This document shows, in pieces, positions 24,860-36,974 of a DNA stretch of 64,000 bases. Position numbers and translations under genes: made by a program. This DNA is from Nitrospirales bacterium (GTDB taxonomy: Bacteria; Nitrospirota; Nitrospiria; Nitrospirales; UBA8639). The notes beneath the pieces are model-generated. The model did no database searches, was not told where the DNA came from, and worked only from the letters and a program-made list of their open reading frames with translations. The DNA lies in NCBI GenBank assembly GCA_965203295.1, contig CBDBCZ010000018.1:2432001-2496000 (forward strand), in the 5' to 3' direction. Positions within the stretch are counted from its first letter, which is position 1. Each line of letters begins with the position of its first letter.

Positions 24860-27800
24860 TACCTCTGTCGCGACTGTACGAGTCAGAAAGCTGGGTACCA
24901 AAAATTTTTAAGCCACAAAATTTGATTTCTGGAGGTTGCAGAGGTGAAAGGGAGGTGTCAACGGTACGTACGCGGTACCCTGGAAGGTATGAGACATTTT
25001 CGTTTTTTGTTCTTAAATGTTTTTCTTTGATATCTCGATTTCCGGATGTCGCACAGGTTAAAGTGAGATGTCAACGTTACCAACGCGATTTCCTCAACAG
25101 TATGCGATCATTTTCTTTTTTCGATAAAAAACTTTTTTTCTTTGTTATCTAGATTTGTGGGGGTGGTACTGGTGAATGGGAGAGTCAGCAGTACCAACGC
25201 GGTGCCCTGAGCAGTATTCGAGCATTTTCGTTTTTCGGTCCAATAAATTTTCTTCAATATCTCAGTTTCTGGAGGTCATACAAGTGGAGAAAAGGTGTCA
25301 ACGGTATCGACGTTATCCTTTGAATAGTATGCGAGCATTTTTCTTTTCGGATCCAAATTTTTTTTTTATAATTTGCACAAGTGAAAGTGAGGTGTCAGCG
25401 GTTCCAACGCCGTTCCCAAAGCTTTATGCGAGCATTTTCGTCTTTCTGTCCAAAATAATTTTTTTGATATCTCAATTTCTGGAGGTTGCATATGCTAAAA
25501 GTTGGTGTAAACGATACCAACGCGAAACCATGAACAGTATGTGAGCATTTTCGTTTTTCTGTCCAAATTTTATTTTCTTGATATCTTGCACAGGTGAAAG
25601 GGAGGTGTCAGCGGTACCAACGCCGTTCCCCTAGCAGTGTGGGAGCATTTTCGTCTTTCTGTCCAAAAAAATTTTCTTCGATATCTCGATTTCTGGAGGT
25701 TGCACATGCGAAAAGTAGGTGTAAACGATACCAACGCGGTACCATGAACAGTATTCGAGCATTTTCGTTTTACGGTCAAATTTTTTTTCTCGATATATCG
25801 CACAAGTGAAAGGGAGATGTCAGCGGTAACAACGCTGTTATCTGAGCAGTGTGCGAACATTTTCATTTTTCGGTCCAAAAAAATTTGCTTCCATATCTTG
25901 ATTTTTGGAGGTCGCACAGGTGAAAGGGAGGGGTGATCGGTAAAAACGCGGTTTCCTGAGCAGTATGTAAGCATTTTTGTTTTTTGGTCCAAAATATATT
26001 TCTTCCAAAAATTGCATAGTTGAAAGGAGGTTTTAGCCATACTAACACGGTGCCCTAAACAGTATGCGAGAATTTTCGTTTTTCAGTTCAAAAATTTTTT
26101 CTTCGATATCTCGAACAGGTAAATGGGAGGTGTCAGCTGTTCCCACGCCGTTCCCATAGCAGTATGCGAGTAATTTCGCTCGAATTTTTTTTTTTTTGAT
26201 ATCTCGCACAGGCGAAAGAGAAGTGTTTGACTACCAACGCGGTACCCTGAGTAGTATGCGAGCATTTTTGTTTTTCCATCCAATAAATTTTTAATCGATA
26301 TCTCGATTTCTGAAGTTTGCGCCGGAGAAAGGGAGGTGTCAACGGTGCCACCGTTTTGCCCTGAACAGTGTGGGAGAATTCTGGTTTTCCGGTCAAAATT
26401 GTTTTTTTTATATCTCACACATGTGAAAAGGAGGTGTCAGCTGTACCAACGCCGTTCTCTGAGCAGTGTGAGCATTTTCATTTTTCGGTCCAAAAAAATT
26501 TCCTTTCATATCCCGATTTCTGGAAGTCGCAAAGGTAAAAGGGTAGTGTCAGAAGTACCAACGCAGAACCCTGAGTAGGTGCAAGCCTTTTCGTTTTTCG
26601 GTCCAAATTTTTTTTCTTTGATACCTCGCACAGGTGAAAGGGAGATGTCAGCGCTATCAACGCGGTACCCTACGCAGTATACAAGAATTTTTGCCTTTCG
26701 GTCCCAAAAAATTTTCTTTGATATCTCGATTTCTGGAGGTTACCCAGGTGAAAGGTAGGTATCAGCCGTGCCAACGAGTTGCTCTTAACAGTGTGCGAGC
26801 ATTTTCGTTTTTAAGTCCAAATTTTTTTTGTTTGATATCTCGCACAGGTAAAAGGGAGGTGTCAGTGGTACAAACGCGGTATTCTGAGCAGTGTAACGCG
26901 CATTTACTTTTTTCAATTAAAAATTTATTTTTGATATCTTGAGTTCTGGAAGTCGTAAGGTGAAAGGGAGGTTATAGCGGTTCTAACGCCGTTCCTGAGC
27001 AGTATTCGAGCTTTTATATTTTTCGGTCCAAAAAATTTTTTTTCAACATCCGATTTCTGGAGGTCGCAAGGTGAAAGGGAGGGGTTAGCTGTCCAAACGC
27101 CGTTCCCTGAGCAGTATGCGAACTTTTTCGTTTTTCGGTGCAAAAGATTTTCTTCAATATCTCAATTTCTGGAGGTCACACAGGTGAAAGGGAGGTGTCA
27201 GTGGTGCCATCGTAGTGCCCTGAACAGTATGCGAGCATTTTCCTAATTAGGTCCAAAACTTTTTTCTTCGATATCTCTACAGATGATAGGGAGGTGTCAG
27301 CGGTACCAACGCCGTTCTCTGAGCAGTATGCGAGCATTTTCGTTTAACGGTCCAAAATAATTATCTTCGATATCTCAATTTCAGTTGTTCGCATAGGCTA
27401 AAGGGATGTGTCAATGGTGCAAACGCGGTACCCTGAACAGTATGCGAGCATTTTCGTTTTTCGGTTCAAAATTTTTTCTTCGATATCTCGAATTGTAAAA
27501 GTCGCACAGGCGAAAGGGAGGTGTCAATGATGCAAACGCGGTACCCTGAACAGTATGCGAGCATTTTCGTTTTTCGGTTCAAAATTTTTTCTTCGATATC
27601 TAGAATTGTGAAGGTCGCACAGGCGAAAGGGAGGTGTCAATGGTGCAAACGCGGTACCCTGAACAGTATGCGAGAATTTTCGTTTTTCGGTTCAAAATTT
27701 TTTCTTCGATATCTCGAATTGTGAAGGTCGCACAGGCAAAAGGGAGGTGTCAATGGTGCAAACGCCGTACCCTGAACAGTATGCGAGCATTTTCGTTTTT

Positions 27801-30800
27801 CGGTTCAAAATTTTTTCTTCGATATCTCGAATTGTGAAAGTCGCACAGGCGAAAGGGAGGTGTCAATGGTGCAAACGCGCTACCCTGAACAGTATGCGAG
27901 CATTTTCGTTTTTCGGTTCAAAATTTTTTCTTCGATATCTCGAATTGTGAAGGTCCCACAGGCAAAAGGGAGGTGTCAATGGTGCAAACGCCGTACCCTG
28001 AACAGTATGCGAGCATTTTCGTTTTTCGGTTCAAAATTTTTTCTTCGATATCTCGAATTGTGAAAGTCGCACAGGCGAAAGGGAGGTGTCAATGGTGCAA
28101 ACGCGCTACCCTGAACAGTATGCGAGCATTTTTCGTTTTTCGGTTCAAAATTTTTTCTTCGATATCTCGAATTGTGAAGGTCGCACAGGCGAAAGAAAGG
28201 TGTCAATGGTGCAAACGCGGTACCCTGAAGAGTATGCGAGCATTTTCGTTTTTCGGATAAAAATTTTTTCTTCGATATCTTGAATTGTGAAGGTCGCACA
28301 GGCAAAAGGGAGGTGTCAATGGTGCAAACGCCGTACCCTGAACAGTATGCGAGCATTTTCGTTTTTCGGTTCAAAATTTTTTCTTCGATATCTCGAATTG
28401 TGAAAGTCGCACAGGCGAAAGGGAGGTGTCAATGGTGCAAACGCGCTACCCTGAACAGTATGTGAGCATTTTTCGTTTTTCGGTTCAAAATTTTTTCTTC
28501 GATATCTCGAATTGTGAAGGTCGCACAGGCGAAAGGGAGGTGTCAATGGTGCAAACGCGGTACCCTGAAGAGTATGCGAGCATTTTCGTTTTTCGGATCA
28601 AAATTTTTACTTCGATATCTCGAATTGTGAAGGTCGCACAGGCGAAAGAGAGGTGTCAATGGTGCAAACGCGGTACCCTGAACAGTATGCGAGCATTTTC
28701 GTTTTTCGGTTCAAAATTTTTTCTTTGATATCTCGAATTGTGAAGGTCGCACAGGCGAAAGGTAGGTGTCAATGGTTCAAACGCGGTGCTCTGAACAGTA
28801 TGCGAGAATTTTAGTTTTTTGGTTCAAAAATTATTTCTTCGATATCTCGATTTGTAAATTTCGCACAGGCAAAAAAAAGGTGTCAACGGTGTAAACGTGG
28901 TGTCCTAAAATATATGCGAGCATTTTCGTTTTTTGGTTCTAAATCATTTTCTTCGATATCTCAATTTCTGGAGGTGGCACAGGCGAAAGGGAGGTATCAA
29001 ATGTGCCAACACCATACCATGAGATGTGTGCGAACATTTTCGGTTTTCGGTCTAAAACTTTTTTCTTTGATTTCTCGCACTGGTGAAAGAAGGTGTCAGC
29101 GGTACCAACGCGGTGCCATGAGCAGTTTTCGAGCATTTATGTTTTTCAATACAAAATTTTTTCTTCGATATCTCGCACATGTAAAAGTGAGGAGTCAGCG
29201 GAGTCAACGTGGTGGCTAAGCAGTGTGCGAGCATTTTGGTTTTTCAATCAAATAAATTGTTCTTCAAAATCTTGACTTCTTAAGTTCGCACAGGTAACGT
29301 GGAACCCTGAACAGTATGCAAGCATTTTCGTTTTTCGGTCTAAATTTTTTTTTTCAATTACTCGCACAGGTGAAAGGAAGGTGTCATCAGTATCAACGTC
29401 ATTCCTGAGCAGTGAGCGAGCATTATTGTTTTTCGGTCCAAAACATTTTCTTCAATATCACGATTTCTGGAGATCGCACTTGTGAAAGGGACGTGTCAGC
29501 GGTGCCAACCTAGTGCCTTGAACAGTGTGCGAGTATTTTAGTTATTCAGTCCAAAATTTATTTAATTCGATATCTCATACAGGTGAAAGTGAGGTGTCAG
29601 CTGTAACTAAGCGGTGCTCTGAGCAGTATGCGAGCATTTTTGTTTTTCAAAACAAGAACTTTTTCTTCAATATCTCGATTTCAGGAGGTCGCACAGATGA
29701 AAAAAAGGTGTCAACGGTGCCAACGTAGTTTTCAAAACAGTGTACGAGCATTTTTGTTTTTTGATCTAAAAAATTTTCTTCGATATCTCGATTTATGATA
29801 TTCGTAACTGCAAAAGGGAGGTGTCAACGGTTCCAACGCCGTACTCTGAACAGTATGCAAGCATTTTCGTTTTTCGGTCTAAACATTTTTTTTTCGAAAT
29901 CTCGCACAGGTTAAAGGGAGGTCTTAGCGGTACGAACGCGGTGCCCAGTGCAGTTTGCGAGCATTTTCGTTTTTTGCTATAAAAAATTTTTCTTTGATAT
30001 CTCGATTTCTGGAGGTCGCACAGGTGAAAGGGAGGTATCAGCGGTGCCAAAGCAGTGTCCTGAACAGTATACGAACTTTTTTGTTTTTCGGTCCAAAACT
30101 TTTTTCTTCAATATCTTGTACAGGGAAGTGAGGCATCAGCGGTACCAACGCCGTTCCATGAGTAGTATGCGAGTATTTTTGTTTTTCGCTCTAATAAATT
30201 TTTCTTCAATATCTCAATGTTTGAAGGTCACACAGGTGAAAAAGAAGTGTTAAAGATACCAACTTGGAGCCCTGAACAGTATAAGAGCATTTTCGTTTTC
30301 TTTCAAAAACTTTTTTCTTTGAGATCTCGAAAAAGTGAAAGGGAAGTGTTAACGATACTAACGCAGTGCCCTAAATAGTAAGTGAACATTTTTGTTTTGC
30401 GGTCCTTACAATTTTCTTCGATAACTCGATTTCTAGAGGTCGCACTGGTGAACAAGAGGTGTCAATGATCCCAACGCGTTGCCCTGAATACTACGCAATT
30501 TTCGTTTGTCAGTCCACAAAAAGTTGTTTCGATATCTAAATTTCTGGAGGTCTCACAGGTGAAAGGGAGGTGTCAGCGTTGCCAACGCGGTACCCTGAAC
30601 ATTATGCGAGTATTTTAGTTTTTCAGTTCAAATTTTTTTCTTCGATATCTCGCACAGGTGAAAGTGAGGTGTCAGCTATACCAACGCGGTGGTTTGAGCA
30701 GTATGCGAGCATTTTTGTTTTTCAATAATAGTAATTTTTCGATATCTCGATTTCAGAATGTCGCACAGGTGAAAGAAAGGTGTCAACGGTGCTAATGTGG

Positions 30801-33800
30801 TTTCTTGAACAGTGTACGAGCATTTTCGTTTTTTGGTCCAATAAAATTTTCTTTGATATCTCTATTTCTGATTGACGTACATGCAAAAGGGAGGTGTTAA
30901 TGGTGCCAACGCGGTACTCTGAACAGTATGCAAGCATTTTGGTTTTTCGGTCCAAACATTTTTTTTCGAAATCTCGCAGAGGTGAAAGTGAGGTGTCAGC
31001 GGTACCAACGCGGTGCTTTGAGCATATGCGAGCATTTTCCTTTTTTGGTCTAAAACTTTTTTCGATTTCTTGCATTAGGTGAAAGGGTAGAGTCAGCGGT
31101 AAAAACGCGGTGCCCTGAGCAGTATGCGAGCATTTTCGTTTTTTGGTCCAAAAAAAATTCTTCAATCTCTCGATTTCTGGAAGTCGCACAGGTTAAAGAG
31201 AGACGTCATCTGTGCCAAGCTGTGTCCTGAACAGTATACGAGTATTTTCGTTTTTCGGTCCAAAACTTTTTTCTTCGATATCTCGTACAGTGAAAAGGAA
31301 GCTGTCAGCGGTACCAATGCCGTTCTATGAGCATTATGCGAGCATTTTCGTTTTTCGTTCAAATACATTTTTCTGCAATATCTCAATTTCTGGAAGTCGC
31401 ACAGTTGAAAGGGAGGTGTTAAAGGTCCCAAAGTTGAGCCCTGAACAGTATGAGCATTTTCGTTTTTGGTCGAAAACTTTTTTCTTTGACATTTCGAACC
31501 GTTCTATGAGCTGTATGCGAGCATTTTTGTTTTTCGTTCTAATAAATTTTTCTGCAATATCAATTTCTAGAAGTCGCACAGTTGAAAGGGAGGTGTTAAA
31601 GGTCCCAACGTTGAGCCCTGAACAGTATGAGCATTTTCGTTTTTGGTCGAAAACTTTTTTCTTTGACATTTCGAACCATTCTATGAGCAGTATGCGAGCA
31701 TTTTAGTTTTTCGTTCTAATAAATTTTTCTTTAATATCTCGATTTCAGGAGTTTGCACAGGTGGAAGTGAGGTGTTAACGGTATCAACGTATTGCCTGAA
31801 CAGTTATCGAGCATTTTAGTTTTTCGGTCGAAAATAATTTTCTCAGATATCTCGAATTATGAAGTTTATACAGGTAAAAAAGAGGTGTCAACGGTAGCAA
31901 AGCTGTGCCCTGAAATGTATGCGACCATTTTATTTTCCGGACTAAAATATTTTTCATGGATATCTCGATTTCCTGATGTTGTACAAGGTAAAAGGAGATG
32001 TCAACGGTACTAACGCTGTACCCTGAACAGTATACAAACATTTCCGTTTTTCGTTCCAAAAATTTTTTCTTGGAAATATTGATTTTCTGAAGTCGTACAG
32101 GTGAAAGGGAGGTGTCATCAGTACCAACGCAGTGCTCTGAAGAGTATGATACCACTTTCGATTTTCGGTCCAAAAAATTTTCTTCAAAATCTCGATTCCT
32201 GAGGTTTGTACAGGTGAAAGGGAGGTGTCTACGATACTAACGCAGTGCAATGAATAGGATACGTGCATTTTCGTTTTTCGAACCGAAACATTTTCCTTCA
32301 ATATCTCGTTTTCTGGTGATCGCACTGATGAAAGGAAAGTGTCAACGGTACCAACGCGATGCCCTGAACTGTAAGCGAGCATTTTTGTTTTTCGGTCAGA
32401 AATTTTTTTCTTTGATATCAATTTCTGGGGGTCGCAAAGGTGAAAGGTAGGTGTCAACGGTACCAACGATTTACTCTGAAAAGTATGCGAGCATTTTTCC
32501 AGTCTAAAAAATTTACTCAGATATATTATTTCTGTAGTTTGCAAAGGTGAAAAGGAGATATCAACGGTACCAACGCGTTTTCGTTTTTTGGTGCAAAAAA
32601 TTTTCTTCAATATCAATTTCTGAAGTTCGCACTGGGGAAAGAAAGGTGTCAACGGTACTAACGCGGTGCCATAAACAGTATTGCGATACTTTCGTTTTTT
32701 AATTCAATAAATTTTTCTTCAATATCTTGATTATAGGATGTTGTACGGGTGAAAAGGAGGATCAACGGTACCAACACGGTGCCCAGAACAGTATGCGACC
32801 ATTATCGTTTTTCGGTCCGAAAATTTTTTCTTTGATATCTCGATTTGTAGATATCGCATAGATGAAAGGGAGATGTCAACAGTACCAACGAGGTACCATG
32901 AACAGTTTGCGACCATTTTTCGGTCAAAAACATTTTTCTTCGATATCTCGATTACTGGAGGTCGCACAAGTGAAAGGGAGGTGTAAACGGTACAACGTGG
33001 TGCCCTGAACAGTATGTGAGCATTTTCGTTTTTTGGATCTACAAAATTTTTCTTTGATATCTCAATTTCTTGAGGTCGCACAGGTGAAAGGGAGGTGTCA
33101 ACGGTACCAACGCGGTGGCCTGAACAGTATGCGAATATTTTCGTTTTCGGTCTAAAAACTTTTTTTCAATATCTATATTTCTGGAGGTCGCCCTGGTGAG
33201 GTGTCAACGGTACAACGCAGTACCCTGAATAGAAAGCGAGCATTTTCGTTTTTTGGGTCCACAATTTTCTTCGATATCACGATTTTCGGAGGTTGTATAA
33301 GTGAAAAGGAGGTGTCATCAGTAACAACGAGTTACACTAAACATTACGCAAATATTTTCGATTTACGGTCCATAAAATTACTTCAATATCTCAATTTCTG
33401 GAGGTCGCACATGTGAAAGGGATGTGTCAACGGTAAATACGCGGTGCCATAAACAGTATTGCGACCATTTTGGTTTTTTGCTCCAATAAATTTTTCATTA
33501 ATATCTTCATTTTTGGAAGTTGTACAGGTGAAAGGGAGGTGTCAACGGTTCATCGCGGTGGCCTGAACAGTATGCAAACATTTTCGTTTTTCTGTCCAAA
33601 AACTTTTTCTTTAATATCAATGTTTCTGAAGATTGCACATATGAAGGGAGGTGTCAACGGTACCAACGCGGAGCCCTGAATAGTATGCGAACATTTTCGT
33701 TTTGCTGTCCAAAAACTTTTTCAATATCTATATATCTGAAGTTCGCACACTTGAAAGGGAGCTGTCTACGGTACCAAAGCTGTGGCCTGAACAGTAAGCG

Positions 33801-35285
33801 AGCATTTTCATTTCTTGGATCCACAAAATTTTTCTTTGATATCTCGATTTCTGGAGGTCACACAGGTGAAAGGGAGGTATCAACGGTACCAACGCGGTGG
33901 TCTGAACAGTATGCAAACCTTTTCGTTTTTCGGTTCAAAAACTTTTTTTTCAATATCTATATTTCTGGAGGTAGCACAGGTGAGAGGTGTCAACGGTACA
34001 ACGCGGTGCCTGAACAGAAGGCGAGCATTTTCGTTTTTTGTGTCCACAAAATTTTTCTTCGATATCTCGATTTTCGGAGGTTATAAAGGTTAAAAGGAGG
34101 TGTCAACGGTAACAACGAGTTACACTGAACATTACGCAAGTATTTTCGATTTTCGATCCAAAAAATTTATCTTCAATATCTCGATTTCTGGAGGTCGCAC
34201 AGGTGAAAGGGATGTCAACGGTAAATATGCGGTGTCATTAACAGTTTTGCGACCATATTTGTTTTTCTCTCCAATAAATTTTTCTTTGATATCATTATTT
34301 CTGGAGGTTGTACAGGTGAAAGGGAGGTGTCAATCGTACCAACGCAATGGCCTGAACAATATGCGAAAATTTTTGTTTTTCTGTCCAAAAACTTTTTCTT
34401 CAATATCTATATTTCTGAAGTTCGTAAACATGAAAGGGAAGTGTCAACGGTACCAACGCAGAGCCCTGAACAGTATGCGAACATTTTCGTTTTTCTGACA
34501 AAAAACTTTTTCTTCAATATCTATATTTCTGAAGTTCGCACCCTTAAAAGGGAGATGTCAACAGTACCAACGCGGTAGCATGAACAGTATTCGAACATTT
34601 TCGTTTTTTGGTCAAAAAACTTTTCCTTCAATATCTATATTTCTGGAGGTCGCACAGGTGAAAGGGAGGTGTCAGCGGTGCAACGCGGTGCCATGAACAG
34701 TATGCGAGCATTATCGTTTTTTTTGTCCACAAAATTTTTCTTTGATATCTCGATTTCCGGAGGTTATATAGGTGAAAAGGAGGTGTCAACGGTAACAACG
34801 AGTTACCTTGAACATTACGCAAGTATTTTCGTTTTTCGGTCCAAAAAATTTATCTTCAATATCTCGATTTCTGGAGGTCGCACAGGTGAAAGGGACGCGT
34901 CAACGGCAAATTTCGTGGTGGCCAGAAAAGTATGACTATTTTCGTTTTTCGGTACAAAAATTTATTTTTCGCTACCTCGATTTCTGAAGGTCATATAGGT
35001 GAAAGGGAGGTGTAAAAGGTACCAACGCGGTACCTTGAACAGTATGCCAGAATTTTTGTTTTCCGGCCCAAAACATTTTTCTTTTATATCTCAATATCTG
35101 TAGGTCGCGCAGGTGAAAGGGTGATGTCAACGTTACCAACGCGGTCCCCTGAACAAGATGCGAGCTTTTTCGTCTTTCTACTAAATCTCAATTTTTTGAG
35201 GTAGCACAGGTAAAAGGGAGGTGTCAACGGTACCAACGCGTTGCCCTGAAGAGTATGCGAGTATTCTCATTTTTTAGTCCAAAAA
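24860..35285 (+). repeat. Central 113-bp satellite array, all monomers in one orientation
   Basis: Monomer ~GATATCTCGAATTGTGAAGGTCGCACAGGCGAAAGGGAGGTGTCAATGGTGCAAACGCGGTACCCTGAACAGTATGCGAGCATTTTCGTTTTTCGGTTCAAAATTTTTTCTTC; ORF starts at 27521, 27634, 27747, 27860, 27973, 28086 give a period of 113. Confidence 0.95.
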
Positions 35286-35529
35286 TCTTTTCTAATTTAT
35301 CTTCAACACTATTTTTTATTTTAACTTTTTATTTTTACTTTTTTCATTTCTTTTTTCTTTTTTTTAGTTATTTATTTTATCATTTCTTCATTTCTTTTTT
35401 TCCCTTTTTATTTTTTTACCTTTTTCTCTTTTTCTTATTTAAATTAAACTTTTACTTCCAATACCCCATAAATGCATCAGAAAATCTATATTGGTTTATA
35501 AGTCTTTTCTGGCCAACACATCCTTACTA

Positions 35530-36272
35530 GGACTATGGTGTGTATGGTAAGTTCTAGTCTATTGAAGAGACATTCCAAGGTTCGAATCCCAAAATGTGCA
35601 CCTTTTCCTTTTTTTTTCCGGATATTTAATTTTTTTTTTTTTTTTTTTTTTTTTTAGTTTTTGCTTTTGGTGTAAAGGGTTCATTTTTCTTTTTTTCTTT
35701 TTTATACCTCTTCCTTTTTTTTTTTCGCCTTTTATTTTTTTAACTTTTTTCTTTTTCTTTCTTTTTCTTTTAATTAAATTTTTACTCCCAATACGTCATA
35801 AATGGATCAGAAAATCTATATTGGTTTATAAGCCTTTTCTGGCCACCACTTCCTTACTAGGACTATGGTGTGTATGGTTAGTTCTTGGCTATTGAATATA
35901 CATTCCCAGGTTCGAATCTCAAAAGGTGCACCTTTTCTTTTTTATTCCCGCCAATTTAATATTTTTTTTTTTTTTTTATTTTTTTTTTTTAGTTTTAGCT
36001 TTTGGTGCAAAGTGTTCATTTTTCTTTTTTCTTTTTTATACCTCTTCCTTTTATTTTTCTTTTTCGCCTTTTTATTTTTTTTACTTTTTTCTTTTTTTCT
36101 TTCTTTTTCTTTTAATTAAATTTTTACTCCCAATACATCATAAATGCGTCAGAAAGTCTATATTGGTTTATAAGCCTTTTCTTGCCACCACATCCTTACT
36201 AGGACTATGGTGTGTATGGTAAGTTCTTGGCTATTGAATATACATTCCCAGGTTCGAATCCCAAAGGGTGCA
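35530..36272 (+). ncRNA. Three degenerate tRNA-like Pol III-promoter units (~35530-35600, 35860-35930, 36202-36272) within T-rich ~330-340-bp repeats
   Basis: ggactatggtgtgtatggt(a/t)agttc...ggttcgaatc(c/t)c followed by T-runs; B-boxes at 35579, 35909, 36251; mirror of the left units. Confidence 0.6.
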
Positions 36273-36974
36273 CCTTTTCTCTTTTTCTCCCGCCGATTTA
36301 ATTTTTTTTAATTCTCGCATTGGGTGTAAAGGGTTAATTAATTTATTTTTTTTATTCCTCTTTTTTTATTTTATTTTTTATTTTCTATTTCTTTTTCTTT
36401 TTTTAACATATTTCTTTTTTCTTCTTTTTTTTCTTTTATTTTTCTTTTTATTACTTTCCCTTTTTCTTTTCGTTTTTCTTTTTATTTTTTCTTATTTTTT
36501 TTTCCTTTCTTTTTTTTTTCACATTCTTTTTCTTTTTCCTTTTTCTTTTTTCTTTTTCTTTTTCCTTTTCAAATTCTTTTCTTTTATTTTTTTCTTTTTC
36601 CTTTTCACATTCTTTTTCTTTTTCCTTTTTCTTTTTCTTTTTCATTCTTTTTTTTCAATTTTGGTTTTTTCTTTTTTTAATCTTATTTTTTCCATTTTTT
36701 TATATACAATTATCGAGGGTAAACACAATTATAAAGATTTAATTAGTCGCCTTAATCTTTTGTACATTACTTACCCTTTGTTCATTAATTCTTAGTTAAC
36801 TGCATACCGTGTAGCTGTAATCTGAATACTTTTGGACGCTAGTGTTCCAAATTCATGACACACAGACATCACTGAGCTTATAGCTCTTGTTGTGATGCCA
36901 GCGAGCCATAAAAATGGGCCAGCAATGTCATTCATTAACTACCGCCGCCTGAAAGGAAAAAAAGAAGGCAGTAC

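Noticed and set aside
27380..28850. CRISPR-like regular array
   Set aside because: Whole monomers repeat with no unique spacers; no cas genes; eukaryotic context.
24850..35000. Repetitive ORFs in the 113-bp array
   Set aside because: The 113-bp period is not a multiple of 3, so frames rotate between monomers; satellite artefact.
24860..35285. CENP-B box in TTCGTTTTTCGGT
   Set aside because: Spacing and bases do not fit the TTCGnnnnAnnCGGG consensus.
23849..36795. Poly-Phe/Leu and poly-Lys ORFs
   Set aside because: Translations of T-rich and A-rich low-complexity tracts.
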